Assembly (NCBI GenBank): GCA_001179505.1 | Contig: CDMY01000897.1 | Location: 124,001 to 188,000, forward strand | Source of the DNA: Vitrella brassicaformis CCMP3155 | Taxonomy: Eukaryota; Protista; Chromerida | Direction: 5' to 3' | DNA: 64,000 bases | Part shown: positions 15,001 to 26,150 of the stretch, one piece after another | Numbering within the stretch: the first letter of the stretch is position 1 | Layout of the letters: each line of letters opens with the position of its first letter | Position numbers and translations under genes: made by a program | Notes under the pieces: model-generated | Databases searched by the model: none | Told to the model about the DNA's origin: nothing | What the model saw: the letters and a program-made list of their open reading frames with translations, nothing else

Positions 15001-18000
15001 GCGTCGCGCAAGGCGTCCATGTCGGTCTTCACCGACCGCACGGGACATCTCAGGCGCAAGGTCGTGCGCAACTGGGAGCCTGTCATCCCGGCAAAGGAGG
15101 GTGAGACATCAGCACCGGGCGGCGGCAATGTGACCGAGGTGCGCACGGAGGTGTTGCCTGAGTTTGTATACGGCGCCCGGAAGCTCTTCCTGGTCTTCAA
15201 CGAGCTTGACGCGCACCCCGTGACGCCTGAGACGGACCCGAAGGGTGTGAAGGTGCGGCTGTACCTGACACACATGCTGCCCATCAAGACGGAGAAGGAC
15301 ATGCTCATGAAGCTCTTCGACCACTTCATATCCATCTGCCAGCTGGGCAACGGACACCTGCTCTACTACCACAAAGTGGAGATACTCGCCCTGCAGACTC
15401 TCTCCTTCGTCCTCTCCCCCCTGCCGCACTTGCGTGAGTCTATCCTGGACGACCCCAGCAATCAGCATCTTGCCAGCGAGGACCAGCGCACGCCTTTCCA
15501 CTCTGTCACCCGATTCCTGCGGATCTTCTGCAGCCGCAATCCACAGTATCGTTCGCTGTTCATCCGTCCGGACGTTTTTGAGCTGCTGGTGACCTGCATG
15601 GCCAAGGGATCCAACATGGGCGCGCACATCGGCGTCAGCTCCTTGATGGTGGAAATCTTCGAGAAGAACCCCCACGCCAAGGACTTCGTCACCCAGCAGT
15701 TCGTCAACCAGATGTTGGACGCCCTCCTGCATAACTTCATGACACGGCCCTCGGTGGTGCTGGACTGCATCCGCGTCCTCAACTCGATCGTCACTACTGA
15801 GCGCGACTCCATCAGGAGCAGAGACAACGGCAACATCATCCTCCTAGAACTCCTGAAGCGCAACTCAAGGGAGGCGTCCGATCTGCCATGGCTACCCATC
15901 ACCATAAACGGGTTCGGCATCGTGTCGTCAGCCCTCAAGGAAGACCAGAACGTCATCGTGAGCCAGCTGAGGCGCCTGGCCAATCTGGAGGAGGCGAGGA
16001 AGGCCCTGGCCAAGAGGGGCGAGGAGATCATGTACGAGGAAGAGGCCGACCAACAGAGGCCCCAGCCGCGCCAGAGAAGGGGCGCAGTGCGGTACTCGAG
16101 GGCCCCCAGGCCGAGCACCGCCCGATCTGAGTTTGAAGCCAGCGGCACATACGAGCAGGAGGGCACGCTCACCATGGCTGAGGAAGCGTACGACGAGGAA
16201 GAGGAGTCTCTGAGCCTCAAGACCGCTCTCAACCTCTCACAACTCTTCGTCACGGCCTTCCAGCTGCAGCTCATCGAGTTGGTGCTGCGTTGCTCCTCCT
16301 TCGGACTCAACAAGACCGTCCTCCGCCAAATATCCAACAACATCCACGAGATGCAGGGCGCCCTCGAGCACAAGGGCAAAAAGGGCCGGGCAGATGATGC
16401 GGAAGAGGCGCTGCATCTGCTTAGGGCGCGACAGAGGTACTTTGTGCAGATTGTGCTGTGGCTGTCACAAGAGGAGACGGAGAGCGAAGTGCCGCTGGTC
16501 GTGCAGGACGCCTACCTTCGAATGGCCATCTTCCTCTTGAAGCCGCACGAGATCGAAGAGGTCCTCGACACATACTGGGAGGACGCCCTCGACAACATCG
16601 GACCCACAGAGGTGAGGAAGAGACACACAATTCCGTGAACCTGGGAACAAGCATGCTTCCCGGAACTCTCAGATGGTGCTGCTGCTCCTCCGTTTCTTCG
16701 AACGGTACTTCGCGAGTTTCGCCAGCCAAGCACATCTGTTCAGCCCCCGCATATCGACGGTGGTGGAGACGATCGACACGCGCATCTGCTGGGAGCGGTC
16801 GCCGTACTTTGTCCGTGACCACATCCTGCTGCTGTTCATCCAGCTGCTGCAGATCTACAACCGGCAGAAGACATGGACGGCTGGCTTCCTGGGGCAGGGG
16901 TACATACACAGGGGAGGCAGCATGGAGAGACCGCCCCCACAGACAGCCATCAAGCATAAGTTCAAGTAAGCCAAACAACACATACATGCACAATGCATTC
17001 GTGGATCCGGCGACACTGACTGCGGGTGGGCATTTGTTTGCGTGTAGGGCGACGTTCCACGGTGAGGGCTTTTTCGGAACATCACCTGCTGACGTCACGC
17101 AGGAAGAGACGGCGCTCATGCTGGCAGAAGGGGCTGCCCTCGTGAGCACTGACCAAGAGACAGATGAACCAGACATCACCCCCTCTCCCGTGTGCTTTCT
17201 GTCCAGCCCGAAGAGCAGACGACCGAGGCCAGCACGGGAGCCGGCGGCATCACGCGGCAGGAGACAATGGAGGAGGAGATCCAGTCGGCCGACAACCTGC
17301 TACTGGCGGGGCTTTTCAAGAGCCTGCTGGACCAACGCAAGTGGCGGCACGAAGAGTGGGGCATCAAGCAGGAGATGCTCATCGTACTCCGCATGCTCAC
17401 AAACATGAAACTCACACGCAACCTGGTTGGCATACGAACATCCACCCAACACCTTTCTCTCCTTCGAGCTTGGAACAGCCCTCTTCTCCTTTCATCTGTC
17501 AGCCGACGGAGCCCCAGGGCTTCCAGGAGACCACAGAGCTGCGCAACTGCATTGCTGTGCTGGAGGGCCGCAAGCCACCGTCACCCACAGAAAAGGAGGA
17601 AGAGATCGAGGAAGTGGCGGGTTCACCCACTGCTGGCCCGCCAGGGGCGCCCAGCTCGGCTGGCGTCGATGACGAGCTGTACACTACCCTTACTCAGCCG
17701 CTGCTCACAGGAGGAGGCCCGGATCGTACCCAAGTGGGCATCGGGGGGTCGATTGAGCTGGCGGAGAGACGGGGGCCGATGGCCGTGCCGGACACTGTGG
17801 TGCGTGTGGAGGGGGCCGACAGGACACACAGGAGACGGCGAGCCTCAGGGACGGACGCCGGTGGCCCTGGGGCGGAGGAGGACGACTATGCCGACCTGCT
17901 GTATGAACTCATGGAGCTGCCCGATCAGGTAGGGACATGGGAGATAGACATGCAGACGAGACATGGCACGATGATCGGCTGTGTGCGTGTGTGCACAGGA

Positions 18001-21000
18001 GCTGAACGAGCGGCTGAACGTCGATGTGAACTTGTGGCGAAGGCAGCAGCTGGTGCATCCCACGTTCTATCTGGACCACACGGCAGACAAGATATGGAAC
18101 GTCGAACAAGAGCTCCGCAGGACCCTCTCGAACGTACGCAAATACCACGGCACCAGTAGCCAGATGTTTCTATACATGTGCATGTCCATGCATCGGTCAG
18201 GTGAATTTAGAGCTGTGGAACTCTCAGTATCTGCTGATGGAGTTCCGGTGCGAGGTACACATCAACATCGGAGCGTCACGTGCCGTACACGGCATCTCCT
18301 CGGCCCTCGTGGCACAGCAATCCGACAGGTGGACAGCGGGGCGTCAGGGGGGGAGCAAGGCGACGACTGTTCCATTGAATTCACGTTCTGTGTGTGGCGT
18401 CTGCGTCTAGCCAAGGAGCGGGTCAGCCGACGACGGTTGATGCGATGCCCAGGCAGTATCAGCTGTACTTCGAGATCGAGGCCAACGGAAAAGACACCCT
18501 CTACCTCGAGTGCCTCTTGCCATGTAAGCACTCCATTGATCTACTGAACACGGCGCGTCTGCTTCCAATGCGATGTATCCATGTGCGTGTGCAGCCGAGG
18601 AGTCTCGGCGCAAGATCCGCCTGCAGCTGCTGGGAGTGTCGAGGCTCACCTTCCGCACCCGGTCACTGCATATGGATGCCGTGACGTCTACAAGCGTGAC
18701 GGTGGCCAATCCACGGCTGATGGTCCTGTCTGCGCCCAAGGCCTTCGACCCGGCTGTGGTGCGGGCCGTTGTGGAGGAGGGGCGGTCGCACATGTCGACC
18801 AACTACAGGGAGGGGTCCAAGCAGGTCATTCACTCGCTGCTCCCGCAGTACATACACATGGCCGTCGACATTATCGAACGAGACACTCTCGGTCCGTGGC
18901 CAATCACGCACACAGGCACGTAAAGGGACACGAGCACACAGGTCTCTCTCTGCCTCCTCCTACCAATCAGACTGGAAGCAGCCGCGCTCATCAGGGCGTT
19001 TGAGCGTGTCGGAGGACGCTCAGCTGGAAAAAGAGCACCGGGAGGTGGTCAATATGCTCAGCAGGGCCCTCAGCCATGTCATGAAGAACGAGATGCTCAA
19101 GCGACTCGACGTCAAGGATGAGGAGCAGCTACGGCTCTCGGCCTCAAAGGACCTCTACCCCGTCTTTGAGATACTGACTGAGAAGGCCAGGCCGGGGACA
19201 GACGTCAGTCACCCTACAGCACACACACACAATTATACAACCCTAATGCATGTATCCGATGTCGCCCTTTTGCTGTCTCAGGCGCCGGACCCTGCTCTTC
19301 GTGACGTGCCCGCTCTGTTTTGGGACGTGGAGCCCCACCGGCAAGCCGAGACTATGCTTGGCTGGATCCTCCAGATGTGCCACGTGGTGCGTGTGGTGGC
19401 GTTCCTCAAGGACGACTCGAGAATCGACTTCAGCAAACAATGGGTATCCGAGCGCACCACAGACATCTTCGCGGCACTCCTGTCGACAGGGGAGGATCGG
19501 GCGGCGCGTGCGTCCTGTGTGGCACTCCTCAGCATCCTGCAGGTAATAGAGACGTGCTCATGACATTCACATAGCCTGCTACTGACATCTGTCCAATCAG
19601 GAGCTGCTGGCGCGTGATGAAGATGTGGAGCGTCGTTGGCAAGAGTTCAAGTCCCTCGCGCCAGAGCATGACGTCCTGGAGCCGTCGTTCGCCGTGCAGA
19701 AGGCCCGCTTCCTCTGCCCCTTTTCGTGTCCTGACGTGGGCCCTTCCTCTGTGCATCTCGCCCACCACCTGCGGATGTTCTTCGAGAAGGCTCAGGTGGA
19801 CGTCATCGATCCGATTCGCCTGGTGGAGGTGCTGCTGCAGAGTGCAGACACCACACTGCGCTTCGAGTCGTACAAGCTTGGCTGCAAGATCTTGCAGGAC
19901 GCGCAGCTGAACCTGCAGAATGCCTTTGTGGACGACCCAGACGAGAGAGATCAGCTGCGCAAGTGTTTCCGCTACGAGTTCGAGTCCTTCCCAGACAGGT
20001 TCAACGGCACGCAGCACCAGTCCAACACCGAGGTGCTGAGCATCCTCCTGCGGTTCATCCAGCACCTGTGCGAGTTCCACAACAGGGATCTGCAGGAGTT
20101 CTTTGCATACCAGCTGGAAGGCTACCAGCTGTCACTGCTGGCCGCTGAGGGTGAGATGCTGCCTGGCCGGCAAACCCATCCGGCGGCTGCTGGTGCCCTC
20201 GCGATCGAGGATATCACGGAAAGGGGAGAGGGCAAAGAGCCATCGGCAGCAGAGACGCCAGAGAACCTCGTGCAGTGGAAGTGCGAGACGCTAAAGAGCG
20301 TAATCAGCAAGATAGTGGCTGACCAGGAGTGGCAAGTGTCCATGGGCAACCGCAGGGCGCAGTACATCCTCCTCCAACAAATATTTGAAACCGGCACAGA
20401 GATGATTCAAGGTCACACACTCTCACACCCCCTCACACACATAATGGGCTGCATCAATGGTGCGTTGCTGTTGTCCATTGATGTTTCAGGCCCTTGCACG
20501 CAGAACCAGCGCATCTTCCTTCGCAAGGGCATCTGTCGCGACATCGAAAAGCTGTTCGAGCTCCAGAGGAAAGACGAGGAGGCGTTTCGTAACCTGATGG
20601 CGGACAACGAAGACTTGCGCGAGTCCTGGATGGACCTCTGCAAGACCATGCGGCTGATGGAGATCGCCATCCTGCGGTTCCTGTACTCCCTGCTGGAAGA
20701 GGATCTCCTTAATGTGGGCGACGACAACTTCCTCGAGAAGCAGCAGAGCATCCTGCAGCACAAGAACGAGACCATCCGGCGAATGGTGGAGGAAATGAAC
20801 CCCCGCACGATGTGCAGGAAGATCATCACTCATTGGAACCTGAGCTCCGAGGGCGCCGACGACCAGATGAAGGTGCCGCACATCGACGACGCCGCTTTTT
20901 TGCCCACCACTGAAGGAGACATAATCCGGCCGAAGACGGAGATAGAATCTAAGGTGACCAGACCGACCAGAACACATCCATCTGTGTCTTGCCCTGACTG

Positions 21001-23290
21001 GCTGCGGCTCGCTGTTCGTCTTCAGGTGTATCCTCTGGCCGAGCAGGAGGTCCATTCGCTGGAGATCTGCTTCTGGTGCTACTCACTCTTCGACGCCATC
21101 TACAACGAGTCCCTCCTGGCCTACAATGTGGAGCTGCCGCGAGAGGTGCTCATGACATTCCACTCGGAGGGCCCGCGGTTCCAGAAGGGCGACTGGGCGG
21201 CAGCCAAGGCCAAAATATACGACTTCTTCAAAGAAAGCGTCACCAGGAAGGTACGAGAGCCGTCCGTCGAGTGCGTGTCTCGTGTCTCATCCCTCTTACG
21301 TGTGTAGACGCACGCCAAGTACTTGCACTATCTTTTCGGGCGTGTGGAAGTGGTGCGCGGCACACGGCTGCAGCGGCTGTACTTCCTGGTGCCCGAGTCT
21401 GTCAGAGCCCTCAAGGACCACTCACTCGTTAAAGCGTGGCAGGAGTCCTTCGTGCAAGAGGTCAAGAGGTCGTCGCCCGAGGAGAAGATCGATGGCTTTT
21501 CGGATCGTGTGATGAGCGAGTACATCACATTCGTGGAACACCAATACGAGCTGCTCAAGCGCCCATGGCCCCTCAACAGGGCGGGAGAGGTCATTTCCTT
21601 TTCTCTCAATGCCATTATCTTCCTGACCATCCTGATCAACATTTTCCTTATCGCCTTCTACAACAAGGCCTACACCGCCGACGATCCGGAGGCGCAGTGG
21701 CACTCCTTCGGGGAAGAGGCGTGGAAGAGCATCCTGTTCAGCACACTGTCCTACAGCCATTTACTGTTCTCGCTCTTGTGGACGCTGTTCTATATCGTTT
21801 CCTATAGTGGGTGGACGATGTCGGCGCAGATGCAGCACTGGAAGGCAAACCACCCGAAGCTGTCGTATATACTCACTTACTGGCCGATCCGCTTCGCCCT
21901 GAGTCTGTACTTCTTCTTTGCGGACAATGTGCTGCTGTATCGCTTTATATACGTGACCTTCTCGTACCTGGGCTGCCGAGTAAGGTTCTGCCCATTTGCC
22001 TATCCGTCGGTCCCCATTTCTCTGATGTCTTGTGTTTCAGGTGAATCCGCTGTTTTTCTCTTTTCACGTGATCGACATCTGTACTCACTTCCAGATCTTG
22101 CAGAAGGTCATGGAGGCCGTCATGAGCACCTACACACAGCTCATGGGTCAGTTACTGAGGTGGATGGATGCAGGGGGATGCAGACACACTCCAAGAGCAA
22201 ATCGTGTGCATGCGTGTGTGTGTGTGTGTGTGTATGCGCCAGGTACGATCTTCCTGGGGTTTTCTGTGTCGTACTGCTTTGTGGTCGTCGGTTTCATGGC
22301 ATTCGGACATGGATATGACTTCGCCGATAAGGACAATTACGAGTGAGGGAGTGAGAACCGCCACACGGCCCGGCTACTCGTGTCTCTCTGCTTATCTGCT
22401 TCTCAGGTGCACGAGTCTGGTTACGTGTCTGAAGGGCCATCTGGACTACGGTTTCCGCTCCGCGCCTTTGTGGCGTGAAAGCCACCAGGACTGGACGACC
22501 TTTTTCTTCGACTACTTTTACTATTTGTTCATCATCCTCATCCTGTCGGCCATCATCAGCGGTATCATCATCGACACCTTCGCGGAGAAGCGAAACGAGG
22601 CCGCTGCCAAGAGCGACGACATGCTCGGCAAGTGCTTTATCTGCTCGCTTGATAAGACGCTGCTTGAGAGGAAGAGAATACAGGTATGTGGTGCGGTGCC
22701 CCACCACCACACCCACACACACAGAGAAAGAGAGAGAGAGAGAGACAACGCAACACACGCCACGCCCCCCCTCTCCCCTCCCTCCCTCCCTCCCTCCCTC
22801 TGTGTCTCTCTCTGTCTCTCTCTGTGTGTGTGTGTGTGTGTGTCAGTTTTCCGACCACATATATGAGGACCACTACATGTGGGCGTACGCGCGTTTCCTC
22901 CTCTACCTGCACCAGACCAGCGCAGCCGACCTCACCGGCCCAGAGAGCTACATCAAGGAGCAGTGGCACAAGAATGACCGCAGCTTCTTCCCACTTGGCC
23001 GCTGCATGGCGCTAGAGGCACGGGAGCTGTCCGAGACGGCCTCGCTCATGGACAGGGCCGTCACTCTGAAGGATTTCGAGGGCTTGCGTGCGAGCATGGG
23101 TCGGCTGACCGATGATGAGGAGACGATAAAGCACAAGGTGGATGTGCTGGATGGGAAGATCGGCGAGCTGGCCGGCAGGATGGCCGGCCTCATCAGCGAA
23201 CAGAAACGAATGATGCAGCAGCAAGGTGGGTTCGTCCGTGAACGGGACACGCCCATGGAGGCGCAGGAGCTTTCTGTGTGCGCATTCGTG

Positions 23291-23326
<36 letters not shown>

Positions 23327-23401
23327 TGGATGTGTGTGTGTCTATCAGAGATCATGGACGTCCCTGCTTCTGCACTGGGGCCGAGGGACTCCATCAGATA
23401 A
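1..23401 (+). CDS. Giant multi-exon IP3R/ryanodine-receptor-superfamily Ca2+-release-channel-like protein (5' end outside the window; roughly 6000+ aa encoded here)
   Basis: Reading frame is open from base 1 (STKGGEEFWVKIVPAFLFEK). The GT-AG junctions I checked join in frame (e.g. introns 134-201, 433-502, 1631-1701, 7276-7342, 14167-14226) through to TAA at 23399-23401. The C-terminal part has IP3R/RyR hallmarks: RIH-associated LLRFIQHLCEFHNRDLQEFF and TEMIQGPCTQNQ; GRVEVVRGTRLQRLYFLVP; several TM helices; pore helix ECTSLVTC; inner helix ILSAIISGIIIDTFAEKR; zinc site KCFICSLDK...FSDHIYEDHYMWAY; coiled-coil tail. Confidence 0.88.
1160..1625 (+). other. LamG/concanavalin-A-like jelly-roll domain 1 of the channel
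   Basis: FAYSVWVYP...WSHLVLVVERKKAVAYVNG...CYVG...FPGYVYRLTYHDEGL follows the LamG pattern (F-T-x-S-x-W, W-x-H-V-x-V, Y-V-N-G, G-x-I-x-x-V-x-I-Y). Confidence 0.7.
2060..2600 (+). other. LamG-like domain 2 of the channel
   Basis: GEWLHIVVMNDG...WDGKQQ...CTIGCDF...CDMAFLRVWS pattern. Confidence 0.6.
3110..3480 (+). other. SPRY-like beta-sandwich (tentative)
   Basis: GCTVTLQLCFADQTLWVSAFVNRKIV...VVPAAFVS...IHF resembles the SPRY core (G-D-x-I-G-x-x-L-D...F-Y-x-N-G...Y-P-A-V-S). Confidence 0.4.
5860..6460 (+). other. LamG-like domain 3 of the channel (split by introns)
   Basis: WTMSFHFFL...EWSHIVVSLDDKNLTVMKN...DLYLG...HGWLYSFSVYSNQAF. Confidence 0.65.
6620..7275 (+). other. Armadillo/HEAT-like helical repeats in the channel
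   Basis: GIAVLVDLLRSDLETQVQAAADALKNLA and GTVPTLFEFLQSENPTTVARTLQLMLNM match ARM repeat spacing. Confidence 0.6.
9960..10500 (+). other. Possible fourth LamG-like domain
   Basis: RHFTFTMWTR...KGWTFFAFQV...GELDF pattern; weaker than the other three. Confidence 0.4.
11430..12450 (+). other. RIH (RyR/IP3R homology)-like domain
   Basis: ANRQKNIV...ERIISLLAEV and YLYHSMLRLLAAICADRNETNSLRLRQLIPLPVVQSQL resemble the IP3R RIH segments ([39 protein letters not shown]). Confidence 0.55.
14230..14520 (+). other. SPRY/B30.2 domain in the channel
   Basis: LGFTGGDERGHLYVNG...GFTTGSYVGVELDY...MYLYVDGLRVAV...LVPCVGLSGMGQSVKI. Confidence 0.7.
20030..20700 (+). other. RIH-associated domain
   Basis: ILLRFIQHLCEFHNRDLQEFF and QQIFETGTEMIQGPCTQNQRIF match IP3R [20 protein letters not shown] and QTLESLTEYCQGPCHENQ. 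Confidence 0.85.
21590..22900 (+). other. Ion-transport TM/pore region and C-terminal C2H2 zinc site of the channel
   Basis: Hydrophobic helices, pore ECTSLVTCLKGHLDYGFRSAP (GFRSAP at about 22450-22467), inner helix GIIIDTFAEKR, CFIC...H...H. Confidence 0.85.
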
Positions 23402-24001
23402 TGTACCCCCACACCACACCCGCTTGCCTTGCCAGTTTTGGAAGGAAAGCGTTTGTGTGCGTGTCCATTTGTGCGAGCGTCTCCGTGCACTCATCTCATC
23501 TGTGCACTGTGTATGTGTTGACTGGACTGTGGGGGTGCGTTTGTCCATTTGTATTGATCAGTTGCCTCGCTGGCCACAGAGCGCGGCTGGTGGAGTGGAT
23601 TGGGTGAGGGGACGCAGTAATGAATGCATTTATTTATTGTGGCAGTGGGGCGTGACTGTGGACTCATTTCTTTGTGAGTGTGTCCCTGTTCCTTATACGC
23701 TCAAAAACACGCACCCATCAATTGCATGGCCTCAACACGCAGAAATAGCAGCATCCGAGCATCGATCTGCAGCGTGAAGAGAAAGACTGCTGGAGAGAGA
23801 ATCGCCAGCAGCTCTCTCGGTTGCGAAAAACGATTGCCACGTACGTCAATATTATACGGAAAGATCAGTGACACGAAAGCATCTCGTATGTATGTGGCCA
23901 CAAGAATGCAACAATGTTGCAAAAAACGATTGCGAGACATACAGATAGACTTGACGACATGCAGGCACGCACCATGTCGCTAGCACAGCACCGTCATGTC
24001 A

Positions 24002-24994
24002 TCACTCGAAGCTGAAGTGGTCCAGGACGCGCTCCCAGTGGTCGAGGTAGCTCATCCGCACCTCGTAGGGGATGCGGAGGGCGCTCTCAGGGGTGAGCTC
24101 CTCTTCGTACAGAGTGGCCTTGCCGCTCGAGCCGTCAAAGTCCACGCCAGTCACGTGCACCCTGAGAAAGGCGACGGTCGTCTCGCCATGCCGATGGCCG
24201 TGGAGGATGACGTACCTGGACAATACACAGAGACAAAGATTCAGTCACTCAAGTCCGCCATCCTGGCTCTTGGCATTCCCATCCCAGTACCGGTGAGGTA
24301 AACAAGGGACGCGCAGGCCGACGATGCGGGCTGTGGGGCGGAAGTTGTCCAGCTGCCCACGGTCGTGGAGGACGTCGAGGGTGAGGTAGTCGCCGATGTC
24401 GATCGGCTGCGTGTTGAGTGCGAGGAATTTGTCATCGACAGCACCGTCGTAGCTGATGGCCTCGTCATGTCGGGGCGACCTCTCGAAGGGGAGGGTGATG
24501 GTCATGGCGAAGGCTGTGAATGAGGGGTGGATCGTCATACCCAGACCCGACCGGATGACAGGGTCGTCCACGCTGTACGACGCCTGAAGAGGTGAAAATG
24601 AGGATGGATACAGACAGAAAGAAGAACACATAACAAACTCACCTTGAAGGGATGGTCGTCAGGCAGATCGCTGTAGGGGACAATGTGGAATGCCTCCCCG
24701 CACAGTCGATAGCTGTCCGCCTGGGTGTCTGCCCCGTAGTCGAGGCTGTCCTCAGAGCCGGCCTCCGACTCGGTCTCCTCACCTTCGTCGACGCCCTCAC
24801 GCTCACGCTCCTCCTGGGCTGACAGAGAGGGAAGGAAGGAGAACAGAGAAATGTGCTCTCCATCGTATGGCTGGGGGTCGTCTTCACACCTTTTGTCCTG
24901 AGCATATCCCGGCGGCCCCTCAGCCTCGTTCTAGTGAATGGGCACACAGGCATACCCACGCGAAGGGGGATGGGTGCGTGTGTTGTGTTGGGTG

Positions 24995-25039
<45 letters not shown>

Positions 25040-26150
25040 ACCGCTGCGACGGGTCGAGTTGGATGACCTTAAGGATGTCCCTGAATGCGAGCCGCCACTT
25101 GTCCTGCGCCTCGTACGCAGTGCAGCGGCGGTGGTAGGCCTACACACACACCACAGACATGAAGGCCTGAATGCAGCGTACCGTATGTCGTGATCGCTCT
25201 AGTCACCTTGACGTATTGCTGATCGTGCTTGATGCTCTTTGTGCAGTCCTTGATCGCTTCGTCGTAGTGGCCCTGCTGCATGTGACACGCACCCCTGACC
25301 GACACACAAGACGACACAACACAGTACACAGAGTCTGTCCAGTTGATGTTTTTTCCTCCCTCTTTTCCTCCCTGCACACACACCTGTTGGCGAGTATCAT
25401 GGCTTTGAGGCCTCGCTGGTCCCGCGGACACACACGCACTGCATCTGCCCAACGGACACACACACACCATACACATGTCTTGGTTCCCACCACCCCCACG
25501 CACCCACGCCCCCACCTGAGTAGAGCTTGATGGCGTCGTCGTATCGCCCCTCGCGGTATTGCACATTCCCCGCCTCCTTGAGCCGCTCGCACGCCGCCTT
25601 GTCCATCAACACCAGGGTCTGCGGGTGGCCGTTGTTGGACACCAGCTGGCGAATGTCTTGTAGATGCCGATGGCCGGCGGCAGCTGTTTGAAGGCCGTTG
25701 TGCTGGGGATGGTGTCCATGATGCCCTGGGGCGGCAGGCGTATCCGTAGCTGCTCCACCACCTCGAAGTTGTTGGCCACCCGGGCGTACGGCGCCATCGA
25801 CGGCCACACGGCCGCGCCTTCTTCAAACACCCAGGCGCAGCGGGAGAGGTACCCGAAGTAGGTGAGCCCATCGGGCATCACCACATCAGCGTGTGCATCT
25901 GTCGGGGCGCTCGCCGGGGGGGCTCCAGCTTCGTCATCACCTTGGCTGCTGTCCTCATCTTGATGCTGCCGCTGGACGTCGAAGAGTCCGTCAGGCCGTG
26001 GCGGGTCAGGGATCTCTCGATGCGGCGGAGCATCACCGTGTTGTCGATGAGAGATCCCTCAGTGCCGGAGATGCACCTGAAGGTGAGCATGTCATGGATG
26101 GTGCCGAAGCGGCTGCTCCGCCACAGATCCAGGGGCACCTGGTACGACAT
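24002..26150 (-). pseudogene. F-box-like lineage-family protein with an internal three-TPR module; two 1-nt frameshifts (pseudogene or assembly errors)
   Basis: ATG at 26150 (MSYQVPLDLWRSS...TIHDMLTFRCIS, F-box-like). A coherent GC3-rich frame needs one base restored at about 25986 (GLTD/LFDVQRQ) and at about 25650 (IYKTF/GQLVSNN). TPR exons follow: ERLKEAGNVQYREGRYDDAIKLYS, ILANRGACHMQQGHYDEAIKDC, AYHRRCTAYEAQDKWRLAFRDI. Further exons end in HFSFE-TGA at 24002. Confidence 0.7.

Noticed and set aside
11823-21025. Many stop-free introns of 3n length in the channel gene (11823-11894, 13531-13599, 14167-14226, 14551-14625, 14771-14824, 19204-19281, 20412-20489, 20954-21025), making long read-through ORFs
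   Set aside because: With several dozen short GC-rich introns, about this many are expected by chance. It is an annotation trap (the ORF track includes intron-encoded residues), not evidence of regulated retention.
104-23224. Long minus-strand ORFs opposite the channel exons (e.g. 9191-10381, 6435-7247, 15462-16379)
   Set aside because: Antisense shadows of GC3-rich coding sequence, with no motifs or independent splice structure.
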